A stretch of 30,417 nt of DNA from a virus (IMGVR_UViG_3300032335_000635:1-30417), one strand, 5' to 3'. Shown: positions 7,230-15,617, counted from the stretch's first letter. Translations and numbers: made by a program. Notes: generated from the letters alone by a model not told the origin.

Positions 7230-8133
7230 CGCTCGGCTCCATCCAGTGCATGACCGTTCGCATGGCAGGGTCGAGATAGAGACGCAGCCCCGTCCGCTCT
7301 GCCATCGTCCGATGAAAACCCACGTGCTCGCAGTCGGCACCGTCGTACGTGCCCTTCAGGTAGGCGTACGTGTCGTAGATGGCCATGCCGCCGAAGGCCG
7401 ACACGACATGCACGGGCGGGCTGCCAACGGGTGGAATCCATTGGTGCTTCCAGCCACCAAGGCCAGCGGTGTAATCGTCAAACGATGAGTTCAACCGCAG
7501 ACACCACGCGTCATAGTGCGTCCACGCCTTTGTCAGCGTCGGCTGCTGGTCCTCGCCCATCGTGAGCGTCGGATGCTCGATCAGCGACACGCTCGCCATG
7601 CCTGCGGCGTCGGGCGTCATCAGCAGGCGTCCCACGCCGTGCATGAATCCAGCGTGCGACCAGCCGCCCCATGCGTCCCAGTCGATGACCACGACGTAGT
7701 CGGCATACCTCGCGTTCTCCCGCACCCACGTCTGGCACGCTGTGCGGTACTCGGCGAGCGCTTCCGTGCGGCGGCCGGCGAACTCCGTGGTGTACTGCTT
7801 GCGTCCTAGCCGCTGGCTGTGGAACGTCGCCTGTGGGAACTCACGGCAGAAGTCCATGAGCACCTGGTCGGTGGCGTCCGTGTTGTCGTTCGTGACGCAA
7901 TGAAACCGCCACTCTCTGCACCGTCCCGCGAGCATTTGCAGCCGCCCGAGGTTGTCGGCCAGCCAGCGGTCGCAGTTGCGGGCGAGCCCCACGAAGACCA
8001 CGCTGGCGTCTGCGAGCTCGCTCTCGCCGATCTCGACGTGCCGCTGGAAGTCAGCCGCGAACGGCTCCAGCGGATAAACGAGGTGCTCAGGCACCGTCAC
8101 AGAGCGAGCGGATTTTTCCGAGTCGGTCGCCAT
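7204..8133 (-). CDS. GT-A glycosyltransferase (CAP59/GT69-like)
   Basis: VVFVGLARNC, NDNTDAT, LAEYR, DYVVVIDWD (DxD), VVSAFGGMAIY and DCEHVGFH motifs. Confidence 0.75.
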   Translation of the reverse strand: MATDSEKSARSVTVPEHLVYPLEPFAADFQRHVEIGESELADASVVFVGLARNCDRWLADNLGRLQMLAGRCREWRFHCVTNDNTDATDQVLMDFCREFPQATFHSQRLGRKQYTTEFAGRRTEALAEYRTACQTWVRENARYADYVVVIDWDAWGGWSHAGFMHGVGRLLMTPDAAGMASVSLIEHPTLTMGEDQQPTLTKAWTHYDAWCLRLNSSFDDYTAGLGGWKHQWIPPVGSPPVHVVSAFGGMAIYDTYAYLKGTYDGADCEHVGFHRTMAERTGLRLYLDPAMRTVMHWMEPSDGGRNGHD

Positions 8134-8704
8134 ATTGCGTCACGTGTAGGAACCGTGGCGCATCGACTCGCCGCCGATCGGCCGGGTGATGATTCCACGT
8201 CGGGTCGAGAAACTTCGTCAGCTCGTACAGCGTGGTCGGCTTGTCAAGCGTGGAGCGTACGCCGTCCACCCGGTAGCCCATCTGCTCGAGCAGCGCCGCC
8301 TGCTCCCACCATGGGTGATCGACGCAGTGCTCGGCGTTCCACACGTCCACGAGCACGGGCAGCATCTGCTGAGCGACAACCCACACGCCGCAGTTGGGCA
8401 CCAGGCCGCACTCTGTCTCGTGCTCCACGATACCCTGCCACGCACTGCCAAGCTCGCTCACGATGTTCGCAGAGCCGTCGAGGATCACCACGTCGGCGTC
8501 GATCCACGCCACACGCTCGTGCGTCTGCAGCGCCTGCATGATCGCGCGCACCTTCATCCACGACGCCGGCCGCTCGCCGGCCAGGTTCGCACACCCGCAG
8601 GCCAGCCCATGCCGGGCAGCGTAGGCGTGGATGCGTGGCAGCGTGTGAGCTGCGATCTGGGCGAACTCCACGCCAGCCCAGCCGGTCAGCACTAGGTCAG
8701 GCAT
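8087..8704 (-). CDS. glycosyltransferase, GMA12/MNN10 (GT34)-like
   Basis: YAARHG, SWMKV, AWIDADVVI (DxD), NCGVWVV, WWEQAAL and FLHV motifs. Confidence 0.8.
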   Translation of the reverse strand: MPDLVLTGWAGVEFAQIAAHTLPRIHAYAARHGLACGCANLAGERPASWMKVRAIMQALQTHERVAWIDADVVILDGSANIVSELGSAWQGIVEHETECGLVPNCGVWVVAQQMLPVLVDVWNAEHCVDHPWWEQAALLEQMGYRVDGVRSTLDKPTTLYELTKFLDPTWNHHPADRRRVDAPRFLHVTQYGDRLGKIRSLCDGA

Positions 8705-9218
8705 GGCCGACGAACAACGCCCGCCCCTGCGTGTCGGTTGTCACCGTGTGCCGCTGGAAGCGTCTGGCCACGGCGTCCTGCGACGAGCTCGACAGCTGCT
8801 CCCAGTCGTGGATCGCCAGCATGCTGGTGATGCCAGCCGCCGTCAGGTACTCGGGCAGCACCGCGTCGCCGTGGGCTGCGTCGTGGAAGATCAAATCCCA
8901 CGAGTCGAGATGCAGCTGGCAATCCCGCAGGAACCGCCCTGCGTCATCGGCCACCGGCTGAATGTTGGCCACGCCAAGCGTCTCCCAATACGCCACGCGG
9001 CTGGCCTCAGGCATCGTGTCGCAGAGATCGACGCTCACGATGGTGGACTCAGGAGCGGACATCGCCATGGCAGCCGTCGAGATCCCGGCATGGCTGCCGA
9101 GCTCGAGCACGCGCCACTCCCGGCCCTGCACGATCTCGCACAGTTCGGCGATGTGCTCTCGCGCCGTGGTCATGTGGTGCGAGTAGTCCACCGTTGCCAG
9201 GTACTCTTGCCACGTCAT
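8697..9218 (-). CDS. class I SAM-dependent methyltransferase (Methyltransf_24-like)
   Basis: VLELGSHAGIS motif I, IVSVD, DLIFHDAAH and AIHD. Confidence 0.85.
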   Translation of the reverse strand: MTWQEYLATVDYSHHMTTAREHIAELCEIVQGREWRVLELGSHAGISTAAMAMSAPESTIVSVDLCDTMPEASRVAYWETLGVANIQPVADDAGRFLRDCQLHLDSWDLIFHDAAHGDAVLPEYLTAAGITSMLAIHDWEQLSSSSQDAVARRFQRHTVTTDTQGRALFVGHA

Positions 9219-9619
9219 GTGATCCGCACCGTAGTGCGCCCCTCCGTGCCGTAAGACTTTTCCACCACGAGCCGCCGCACTTGCGTGTCATCGACCCAGG
9301 CCACGCCGTTGAGAGCGTCGAGCACAGCCTTGGCGACGTTGTCCACGTCCTGGCGTGGGATCTCCGGTGCCGTCTCCTTCACGCCTCGCTTCGTCCGGTG
9401 GTACTTGGGCCGCACGAAGACCGCGTCGATTACCACGTTCACCATGCCCCGGCCCGCCGTCGCCCCGGCCTTCATCGCTTCAAAAGCAATCGCACGGCGG
9501 TACGCATGCACTGGATGCTTCTGCGGCACGTACGCTCGAGCGAATCCGCCACGAGTTGAGACGCGCGGCCGTGGCTGTGGCACAGGATCGCCAGGCACAG
9601 AGAACGTCAGGGCCATCAT
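9215..9619 (-). CDS. rusA: RusA-family Holliday junction resolvase
   Basis: PGDPVPQPRPR N-terminus; DVDNVAKAVLDALNGVAWVDDTQV catalytic signature. Confidence 0.9.
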   Translation of the reverse strand: MMALTFSVPGDPVPQPRPRVSTRGGFARAYVPQKHPVHAYRRAIAFEAMKAGATAGRGMVNVVIDAVFVRPKYHRTKRGVKETAPEIPRQDVDNVAKAVLDALNGVAWVDDTQVRRLVVEKSYGTEGRTTVRIT

Positions 9620-9765
9620 CCGGCCCTCGCCGCCAAGTAAAGGCCGACGTTAGCGAATGCGTACCCGAGGTACGCCAGACCCAGCCCCGCTTTGCCATGC
9701 AAGGCCAGGTCTGCCGCCACCACGAGATAGATGCCGCCGGTCAGTGCGATCAGCCACGGTGCCAT
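9616..9765 (-). CDS. small two-TM membrane protein (49 aa, MAPWLIALTGGIYLVVAA...GYAFANVGLY)
   Basis: Translated by hand (below the ORF-track cutoff); fills the gap and overlaps the rusA start. Confidence 0.7.
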   Translation of the reverse strand: MAPWLIALTGGIYLVVAADLALHGKAGLGLAYLGYAFANVGLYLAARAG

Positions 9766-9786
9766 GCACGCAGCATGGCGACGGCG

Positions 9787-10113
9787 TCAAGCGTGACGGC
9801 CTCCGCTTGGCTGGCAGATCCCGGCCCGCCACTTCGACACCTTCGAAGTGGTCGAGCAGTCAGGCTCGGCCCGCCTCTGTGCATAGTGCCGCTCCCGGCA
9901 CTGCCTAGCACGCTCTGCAATCTCGTCGGGCGTCGGGTCGTTGCCGTGCTGGTTCTTGTCACGCGGCCGTGGCGGAAGCTTGTGCCGCGCCACGAGCCGC
10001 GTGAGGTGCGTAGGGCTAATGCCAAGCATGGCCGACACCTTCACGCGGGTCAGCGTGTGGTCGTTCCACAATTGGTACAGCTTCGCCAGGTCAACGTGTC
10101 GCACGATTGGCAT
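9787..10113 (-). CDS. HTH-like protein with DPTPxEI motif
   Basis: TRVKVSAMLGISPTHLTRL HTH; DPTPDEIAERA. Confidence 0.7.
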   Translation of the reverse strand: MPIVRHVDLAKLYQLWNDHTLTRVKVSAMLGISPTHLTRLVARHKLPPRPRDKNQHGNDPTPDEIAERARQCRERHYAQRRAEPDCSTTSKVSKWRAGICQPSGGRHA

Positions 10114-10117
10114 CGGT

Positions 10118-11221
10118 TCACTCCGCTGCCATCGGCATGACCACGCCCGTGTGGCAATCCGTTCGCAGGATCACCGCCGACTGCCCGTCCTTCGCCTGGA
10201 CGCTCACCGTGGGCTCGCCGTCCGCCGGCAGCCCTTCGAGCCACTGCCGCACATACCTGGGGTCCAACTTCACCGTGCAGGCAGTGCCAGCCTCCACGAG
10301 TTCGCACGTCACGCTCGACTCGCCGGCCTCGCTCGACTTGCCGTGCAGCCACAGGCCCTTGTCGGAGAAGGCAAAGTCGATGCCCCGGCTGGCCTCGGTG
10401 GTGACGATCGCCGCAGCCTTGACCGCAGCCAGCAGCTGCTCGGCGAGCACGGTGGTCGGCTCGCAGTCGAGATCAGGCACGCCGTCGCGCCACCGGGGGA
10501 AGCGGCCTTCGATGAGCCGGGCGGTCACAGTCGCCGTGCCGATCGTGGCCACGATCTCTTTGCCCGTGGCCTCCAGCTGGATTGACCCATCGGAGTCGGC
10601 CAGTGCGAGCCGCGACAGGATCGCCATCACACGGCTAGGCACCAGAGTCTGCGAGTCATCAACCGCCAGGTCGTGTTCGCACTCCACGAGCGAAAGCCGC
10701 CGGCCGTCCGTTGCGACAAAAGACACCGTCTCGCCCTGCACCTCGATGAGCACCGCGCCCAGGGCGAACCGGCTGGAGTCATCGTCGGTGGCGAACACCA
10801 CGCCACGCACAGCACGCACGAACTGGTCCGCAGGCAGCCGCGTCACCGGCTTGGCGTCGGCCGGTTCCCACAGCGGGTACTCGCTGGCGTTTTCCGTGGG
10901 CAGCGTCCAAGTGCCAGAGCCCGCCCGCACCACGCAGCTCGTGGCGCCCGGCTCCAGCGTCACCGTGTCGCCCGTCGCGGCCCCGAGGATCGCTGAGAGC
11001 CTGCCGTGTGGCAGCAGGATCGCGTCACCGTGGTAGTCGATCGCCACGTCGATGCGCACTTCGCCATCCGATCCCGTCAGCAGGCCGTCGCCCAGACGCA
11101 CGGCCTGGTAGATCGGCTTCGGGCTGCGCGTCGGCACAGCCGGCGAGACTGCGGCGAGCGCAGCCTTCAGATCAGACGCCGCCAGTTCAATCCCGGTTCT
11201 CTTCTTCGTTGCGGTTCCCAT
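10118..11221 (-). CDS. dnaN: DNA polymerase III beta sliding clamp
   Basis: Full-length three-domain clamp: TGSDGEV, EYP, SRFALGAV, FVATDGRRL, ARLIEGRFPRW and C-terminal GVVMPM. Start MGTATKK. Confidence 0.92.
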   Translation of the reverse strand: MGTATKKRTGIELAASDLKAALAAVSPAVPTRSPKPIYQAVRLGDGLLTGSDGEVRIDVAIDYHGDAILLPHGRLSAILGAATGDTVTLEPGATSCVVRAGSGTWTLPTENASEYPLWEPADAKPVTRLPADQFVRAVRGVVFATDDDSSRFALGAVLIEVQGETVSFVATDGRRLSLVECEHDLAVDDSQTLVPSRVMAILSRLALADSDGSIQLEATGKEIVATIGTATVTARLIEGRFPRWRDGVPDLDCEPTTVLAEQLLAAVKAAAIVTTEASRGIDFAFSDKGLWLHGKSSEAGESSVTCELVEAGTACTVKLDPRYVRQWLEGLPADGEPTVSVQAKDGQSAVILRTDCHTGVVMPMAAE

Positions 11222-11327
11222 AAGAATCCCTTCTTTTGAGTGAACAACCGACCAAAATCCCAATGCCGAACGTCAGCAGCAGGACAATCTCTCCAAGGCT
11301 CAACATGACGAAGTCGCGCACTGTCAT
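11187..11327 (-). CDS. small single-TM protein (46 aa, MTVRDFVMLSLGEIVLLLTFGIGILVG...)
   Basis: Translated by hand; ATGA overlap with the upstream gene. Confidence 0.6.
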   Translation of the reverse strand: MTVRDFVMLSLGEIVLLLTFGIGILVGCSLKRRDSYGNRNEEENRD

Positions 11328-11518
11328 CGCGTCGCCTCCGCTCGTTCGAGGTGCAGCGCCTGGCGGACCAGCCGCTGCATCAGGTGCCGGATCGTGTCGG
11401 CCGCGAACTCCAGACGCAGCCGCGTGTCATCGTCGATCTCGTCATCCCACGCGCGCTGAGCGCACAGGTCAGCCACGATCGACGGCGGCGGCAGCTCGTA
11501 CGGGTTGTCGCAGCTCAT
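11324..11518 (-). CDS. hypothetical protein (MSCDNPYELPPP...)
   Basis: GGAGG RBS; ATGA overlap. Confidence 0.65.
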   Translation of the reverse strand: MSCDNPYELPPPSIVADLCAQRAWDDEIDDDTRLRLEFAADTIRHLMQRLVRQALHLERAEATR

Positions 11519-11757
11519 GCGTCCACCTCCTGCAGAGGTCGCATCGTGCGAGCGTGGCCGTCCGCCCACGTCAGGAATCCCTTGCGACGCAAAGGCCGCA
11601 GGTGGCACATGGCACCCTCGGTGGAGGCGAAGCCGAACGCTAGGCACAGCTCCCTGATGGTGGGGCTGAACCCGTGGCCGGCGATGTAGTTCACGATCCA
11701 GCGGTAGATCTCGCGCTGGCGATCTGTGAGCGGACGTATTGGGGTCGTGGTGGTCAT
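11515..11757 (-). CDS. stand-alone LexA-type N-terminal DNA-binding domain protein
   Basis: LTDRQREIYRWI...GFSPTIREL...FGFAS...HL..LRRKGFL...ART; no peptidase domain. Confidence 0.85.
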   Translation of the reverse strand: MTTTTPIRPLTDRQREIYRWIVNYIAGHGFSPTIRELCLAFGFASTEGAMCHLRPLRRKGFLTWADGHARTMRPLQEVDA

Positions 11758-12584
11758 AGGCCCTCCTTGGCGGCTGCAAACTTTCTACGTGTACGTTCAA
11801 GCGCTTCGCGGTCTTCGCCGGTCCACTCCTTCGGAGGCGGCGGCGTGTTGCCGAGGTCACGGCCAGACCGCTCGCCCCTTGGGCTGTCAAACGAGCCGCC
11901 GAGAACCTTGTGAGCCCAGCCGGGCTTCACGAACTGAATCAGCGTCATCGGGGTTTTGAAGTACCGGCACTCGCCGATACGGCCGATGGCTTCGATAGCG
12001 ACCTCGAGCCATCCGGGCTCGGCTAGCCGTTCAGCCCAGCCGTCAGGCGGTGTGGCCGGCGTCCACTTCCGGCCCTTGCCTGCGTTCCACGCCCTCTGGA
12101 ACTTTTCCCAAGCCTCACGCGGATGATGATGAACTTCTCCTCTTATCTCATCTCCTCTGCGGCGCTCGTGCGCCGGATCGTCCGGCGCGTCTGCGCCGGA
12201 AGGCTCTGGTCTTCGTTTGCGGCCGGGATTCCGCTCTTCGTGCTCCCGGCTGCGGTCGGCGTGCTGGGCTCTCGACTTGGCCGCCTGGCTGAACCGGCGA
12301 TCCCATCCTGGGACAGCAACGGTAGCGGCCGTCTGGTCGATCTCCAGCCAGCCCACGCTGGCCACTGCGTTCCAAAAGTCCTCTGTCGCCCCGCAGGTTC
12401 GCACCAGACGGGCGATCGTCATGCGGGCCGTGCCATCGGCACAGTGCATCGAGGCCCAGCCCCAAAGGTTCAGGAGGTTAAACACCACGTCCTGCACAGG
12501 CAGGCCCGTCGTGTCAATGAGCTCCTGCACCTCGGGCTTCTGAGGTAGGGCCAGGTCGTAGGCGATCCATTCACCCGCCATCAC
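11754..12584 (-). CDS. phage replication initiator-like protein
   Basis: MAGEWI...KPEV...LLNLWGWA...VGWL N-terminal domain, charged linker and C-terminal helical domain; located next to dnaN. Confidence 0.65.
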   Translation of the reverse strand: MMAGEWIAYDLALPQKPEVQELIDTTGLPVQDVVFNLLNLWGWASMHCADGTARMTIARLVRTCGATEDFWNAVASVGWLEIDQTAATVAVPGWDRRFSQAAKSRAQHADRSREHEERNPGRKRRPEPSGADAPDDPAHERRRGDEIRGEVHHHPREAWEKFQRAWNAGKGRKWTPATPPDGWAERLAEPGWLEVAIEAIGRIGECRYFKTPMTLIQFVKPGWAHKVLGGSFDSPRGERSGRDLGNTPPPPKEWTGEDREALERTRRKFAAAKEGL

Positions 12585-12913
12585 GCAAGCCTCCAGGCCG
12601 TGGCAAACCTTCCGCTCTTCGCCTTCCGTGTCCCGGCCTCCACGACTAGGCCGCGCCGCACGAGCTCGATCCGCCGTGGCCTCTGCGTGCTCGGCGGCAT
12701 CGGTATCCCCAGCTGCATTTCCTCGTCGGTGGCACCGTGGTCGCCGCGTGCCCGCAGGAAGGCCACGACGCTGCGTTGCAGGCTGTTGAGCCGGTCGCCG
12801 TCCATGGAGTCAGCCGCCGCCATCGACGTGCGGCTGTGCTGCTGGGCAGGGGCCGCTCGAGGTGCCGTGAACAGAGGCAGATCTGCCACGCTTTCGCTGT
12901 AGTAGTCGCTCAT
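12581..12913 (-). CDS. winged-helix DNA-binding protein
   Basis: GATDEE...RPRRIELVRRGLV...RKAKSGRFATAW; start MSDYYS after the ACGAAAGGG RBS. Confidence 0.75.
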   Translation of the reverse strand: MSDYYSESVADLPLFTAPRAAPAQQHSRTSMAAADSMDGDRLNSLQRSVVAFLRARGDHGATDEEMQLGIPMPPSTQRPRRIELVRRGLVVEAGTRKAKSGRFATAWRLA

Positions 12914-12920
12914 CCGTGAG

Positions 12921-12931
12921 CCCTTTCGTGT
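12921..12931. repeat. 11-bp direct repeat CCCTTTCGTGT, copy 1
   Basis: Identical to 13805-13815; abuts the stop codon of the recombinase gene. Confidence 0.7.
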
Positions 12932-13797
12932 TAAACCAGCGCGGGAGTTTTCGGCGTGTTCTTCCTGAGCTGCGACCAATCGCAATATGCCTGCTCAAAC
13001 AATGCTGGCGACCGATGGCCGAGGTGCAGGCGTCCGGCACCTGGCCGCTCCATCTCGCAGTGAGTCGCACCGCTTCGCCTGAGCCACTTCGAAGATCCGC
13101 CAACGCCAACGCCGTCGAGCAGCTGCCGCATGTGCCTCATCGCCATGCGCCGGCCGCAGGCCCATCCGAGGATCGTGCCGTTTGGTGACGCGGCCAGCAT
13201 CCCGTCGATCGCATCGAGACAAGCGGGCGTCAGCGGCCGCGACAGCGGGTCGCCTGTTTTCGATTGCGTCCACGACAGCGTGTCGCCGTCTAGGTGCTCG
13301 CGGCTGAACGACATCACGTCGCCGAACCGTGCCCCGCACTCGTAAGCGAGCAGCACCCAGCAGCGGAGAAACAGCCCGAGGTCTGCACCAGACCGCAGCT
13401 TGCGGCCGTTGTGTGCTTTGGTGGCCTCAATCAGCAGCCTCAGCTGCTCAATCGTCCACGCTTTTGTCGGCTTCTTTCGGGCCTTTACACGCATCACTCC
13501 GCGCGGGGCCTCGTCAATCAGGCCTGTTTCGTAAGCCCAGCAGTACAGCGTCAGCAGGATCGTGCGTTCTGACCGCACGGTCGTGCTCTCAAGCTGCTGC
13601 GCCCGGTCACGCAGGTATGCGTTCACGCGCTCTACGCTAATGCGGCCGCATCGCTCCGCGATCCTGAGCACGTTGCTGGCGTAATGCGTAGAGACGATCC
13701 GCTCGGCCAAGTACTTGTCGGCAACGCCCTTGAAGTTCAGGATCGCGTCGGCCGTTGCGTCTGCGACGCGACAGGCCAGGTTCTTTCTTCGTGCCAT
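12931..13797 (-). CDS. tyrosine recombinase no. 2
   Basis: YECGARFGD (R), QSKTG (K), KWLRRSGA (HxxR variant KxxR), HLGH and FEQAY (Y). Start MARRKN. Confidence 0.85.
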   Translation of the reverse strand: MARRKNLACRVADATADAILNFKGVADKYLAERIVSTHYASNVLRIAERCGRISVERVNAYLRDRAQQLESTTVRSERTILLTLYCWAYETGLIDEAPRGVMRVKARKKPTKAWTIEQLRLLIEATKAHNGRKLRSGADLGLFLRCWVLLAYECGARFGDVMSFSREHLDGDTLSWTQSKTGDPLSRPLTPACLDAIDGMLAASPNGTILGWACGRRMAMRHMRQLLDGVGVGGSSKWLRRSGATHCEMERPGAGRLHLGHRSPALFEQAYCDWSQLRKNTPKTPALV

Positions 13798-13804
13798 CGT
13801 TCTT

Positions 13805-13815
13805 CCCTTTCGTGT
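13805..13815. repeat. 11-bp direct repeat CCCTTTCGTGT, copy 2
   Basis: Identical to 12921-12931; contains the recombinase RBS, 7 nt from the ATG. Confidence 0.7.
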
Positions 13816-13958
13816 GTATTGGCGGCGTGTCGTGCCGCATCCGGCCGCTTTACCCTGGGAGGCAGAGCTGCGGCTGCAGTGGTTACGCGCCACTCCTGCT
13901 TGGCGGCGAATGCGGCCCAATGCTCAGGCCGCTGTGGCAATCGCGTGCCGGCTGTGAT

Positions 13959-14222
13959 TCACCATTCCCCGCCGTAGCGGGCTTTCATTGCGTTGCTGTA
14001 CTCGTCATCCATGCCCAGCTCGTAGGCACGACGAGCGTGCTGATAGCCAGGCTTGATCGCCAGCTCGGGCTTGGGCGGCGTCTTCGGCTCGAGCACCTTC
14101 CCAAGGTCCGTTTCCATGGTCGCCCGCTCGGCTGCGATCTCTGCGGCCAGGTCATCGAGATACTTCCAATCTCGACGCTGGGCCTGCATGCGGTCTTCGT
14201 CTGGCTCAATTTCGTGGCTCAT
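13959..14222 (-). CDS. hypothetical protein
   Basis: ATGA overlap with the RecT-like gene; GGAGG RBS. Confidence 0.7.
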   Translation of the reverse strand: MSHEIEPDEDRMQAQRRDWKYLDDLAAEIAAERATMETDLGKVLEPKTPPKPELAIKPGYQHARRAYELGMDDEYSNAMKARYGGEW

Positions 14223-14881
14223 GCGCGGGCCTCCGCTTCGATCTCGGCTGCGTCGAAGTGCTCCACGTCGGTGTCGATGGCCTCGGCCTCGACGTGCTCA
14301 ATCCGCTGCACAGCCGGCTTGGGCTGCGTCACACGCACGGCAGGCTGCGGCCTGGCCGTCTGGTAGTCCTGCGCCTCTTCGGCCGTCACGAGGCCACGCA
14401 GGATGTCAGGGAACGCATCCCGTAGGGCGAACCCACGGGCACGCAGCTGCAGCATTCGCTTTGGGTACTGCGTCCACGGGCCTTGCTTGCCCCACAGCCC
14501 GGCACGCTTGGCGTCTTCCACGCTGAAATCGACACGGACGGGGGCCTGACCGCGACGCTTGGCGATGCACACAGCCTTCGGGTTCGGCGTGCCCTCGCCC
14601 TCAATCGTCTCAGTGATTTCCTCGCACACGGGCGAAGCTAGGCAGAGCGCCTTGGCCGAGTCGCCCCAAATGCTCGGCCTGCCGTTGATGTTGGCGATGC
14701 ACTGCAACGCCTGCATGGGGGCCAGCCCCAACTCGGCACCGAAGGCGATGGCCCCGGCACACTTCTCGGGCTGGTTTTGGTAGTCCTTCGGAACAAGCCC
14801 GCTCGACGCGGCGATCTTGCCCAGCGTCATCAGGTCGCCGACGGTGTTTACCCGTAGGCCAGTTGTCATATCCGTGCTCAT
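14219..14881 (-). CDS. RecT-like single-strand annealing / recombination protein
   Basis: GAELGLAPMQALQ, INGRPSIWG, AKRAGLWGK.GPWTQYPKRML..RARGFALRDAFPD. Confidence 0.75.
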   Translation of the reverse strand: MSTDMTTGLRVNTVGDLMTLGKIAASSGLVPKDYQNQPEKCAGAIAFGAELGLAPMQALQCIANINGRPSIWGDSAKALCLASPVCEEITETIEGEGTPNPKAVCIAKRRGQAPVRVDFSVEDAKRAGLWGKQGPWTQYPKRMLQLRARGFALRDAFPDILRGLVTAEEAQDYQTARPQPAVRVTQPKPAVQRIEHVEAEAIDTDVEHFDAAEIEAEARA

Positions 14882-14985
14882 CTGTCGCGTCCCTTTCTGC
14901 GTTGAATGAATCCCGGCTCCGCGTCCTGCATTGCCGGGGTAGTCCCTTCCGTGGCTTACCCGTCTCCGACGGGCTCCTGTGTTTC

Positions 14986-15246
14986 TCAGAACGGCACCGC
15001 CTGATCCGCCGTGACGGCGTAGTGGGCGTTGCCCTGATCGGGCACGTGGCGGCGAACGTGGTACGTGTCCTCCGCGAGCACATCGACGACGACGCCTCGC
15101 AGCGTGTGGCCGCCTTCAAGCCAGGCGATGCGGTCGCCGACGGCGTAGGTCGTGACGGGCTGGCCGTCCCGCAGTTCGGTGCGTCCGCCGTAGGTCTCCT
15201 GCATGCCGGCGACGGCTCCAAGAAATTCTTTTTCGTGTGCGTCCAT
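14986..15246 (-). CDS. hypothetical protein with a beta-barrel (SH3/Tudor-like) C-terminus (MDAHEKE...)
   Basis: YAVGDRIAW...GVVVDV...YHVR; AAGGAG RBS and its own promoter. Confidence 0.7.
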   Translation of the reverse strand: MDAHEKEFLGAVAGMQETYGGRTELRDGQPVTTYAVGDRIAWLEGGHTLRGVVVDVLAEDTYHVRRHVPDQGNAHYAVTADQAVPF

Positions 15247-15274
15247 GTGAGGGGGTCTCTCCTTTGGGTCGGGG

Positions 15275-15302
15275 AATATACGCATGTTCAGTCGTGAGTC
15301 AA
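15275..15302 (-). promoter_or_regulatory. sigma70-like promoter
   Basis: TTGACT-16-TATATT with an upstream A-tract. Confidence 0.65.
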
Positions 15303-15352
15303 TCAACCGAGTCGGAATTTTTTTCGGACCAACGGCGCCGGGCTTTTTGCCG

Positions 15353-15397
15353 TATCGGTAGCGGTAGGTAGGCTATCGGCTATCGGTAGTTCGTCAA
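15353..15397 (-). promoter_or_regulatory. sigma70-like promoter with tandem TACCGATA operator-like repeats
   Basis: TTGACG-16-TAGCCT; TATCGGTA at 15353 and 15381, TATCGGCT at 15374. Confidence 0.55.
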
Positions 15398-15537
15398 GAG
15401 AAGAATCGGGCGAGCGTGCCAAGGGCGAAGTCGATCCCGTGGGCGATGGTCTGGGCCAGCTCGCTCGAGGTGCCGAGTTCTTGGCCAAGCCTGACGCAGA
15501 GAAGGGCGTGCAGGGCTGCGTTCCATCGTTTGTTCAT
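15394..15537 (-). CDS. small hypothetical protein (47 aa, MNKRWNAALHALLCVRLGQELG...)
   Basis: Translated by hand; GGAGG RBS. Confidence 0.65.
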   Translation of the reverse strand: MNKRWNAALHALLCVRLGQELGTSSELAQTIAHGIDFALGTLARFFS

Positions 15538-15556
15538 TGTGTCCTCCGTGACGGTG

Positions 15557-15600
15557 AAAGAAGTGCCACCCGTTTTGCAGCTTGCGGCAGGCCGGGTGGC
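15557..15600 (-). terminator. putative intrinsic terminator/attenuator
   Basis: GCCACCCG/CGGGTGGC stem followed by ACTTCTTT on the minus strand. Confidence 0.45.
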
Positions 15601-15617
15601 CCCACCTTGTGAGTTGG

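Noticed and set aside
13816-13880. HDV-like/theta ribozyme (GCC TCCC...GCGGCC GG...CAA on the minus strand)
   Set aside because: No P2 pairing partner after the CAA, and the P3-P1 junction has an insertion.
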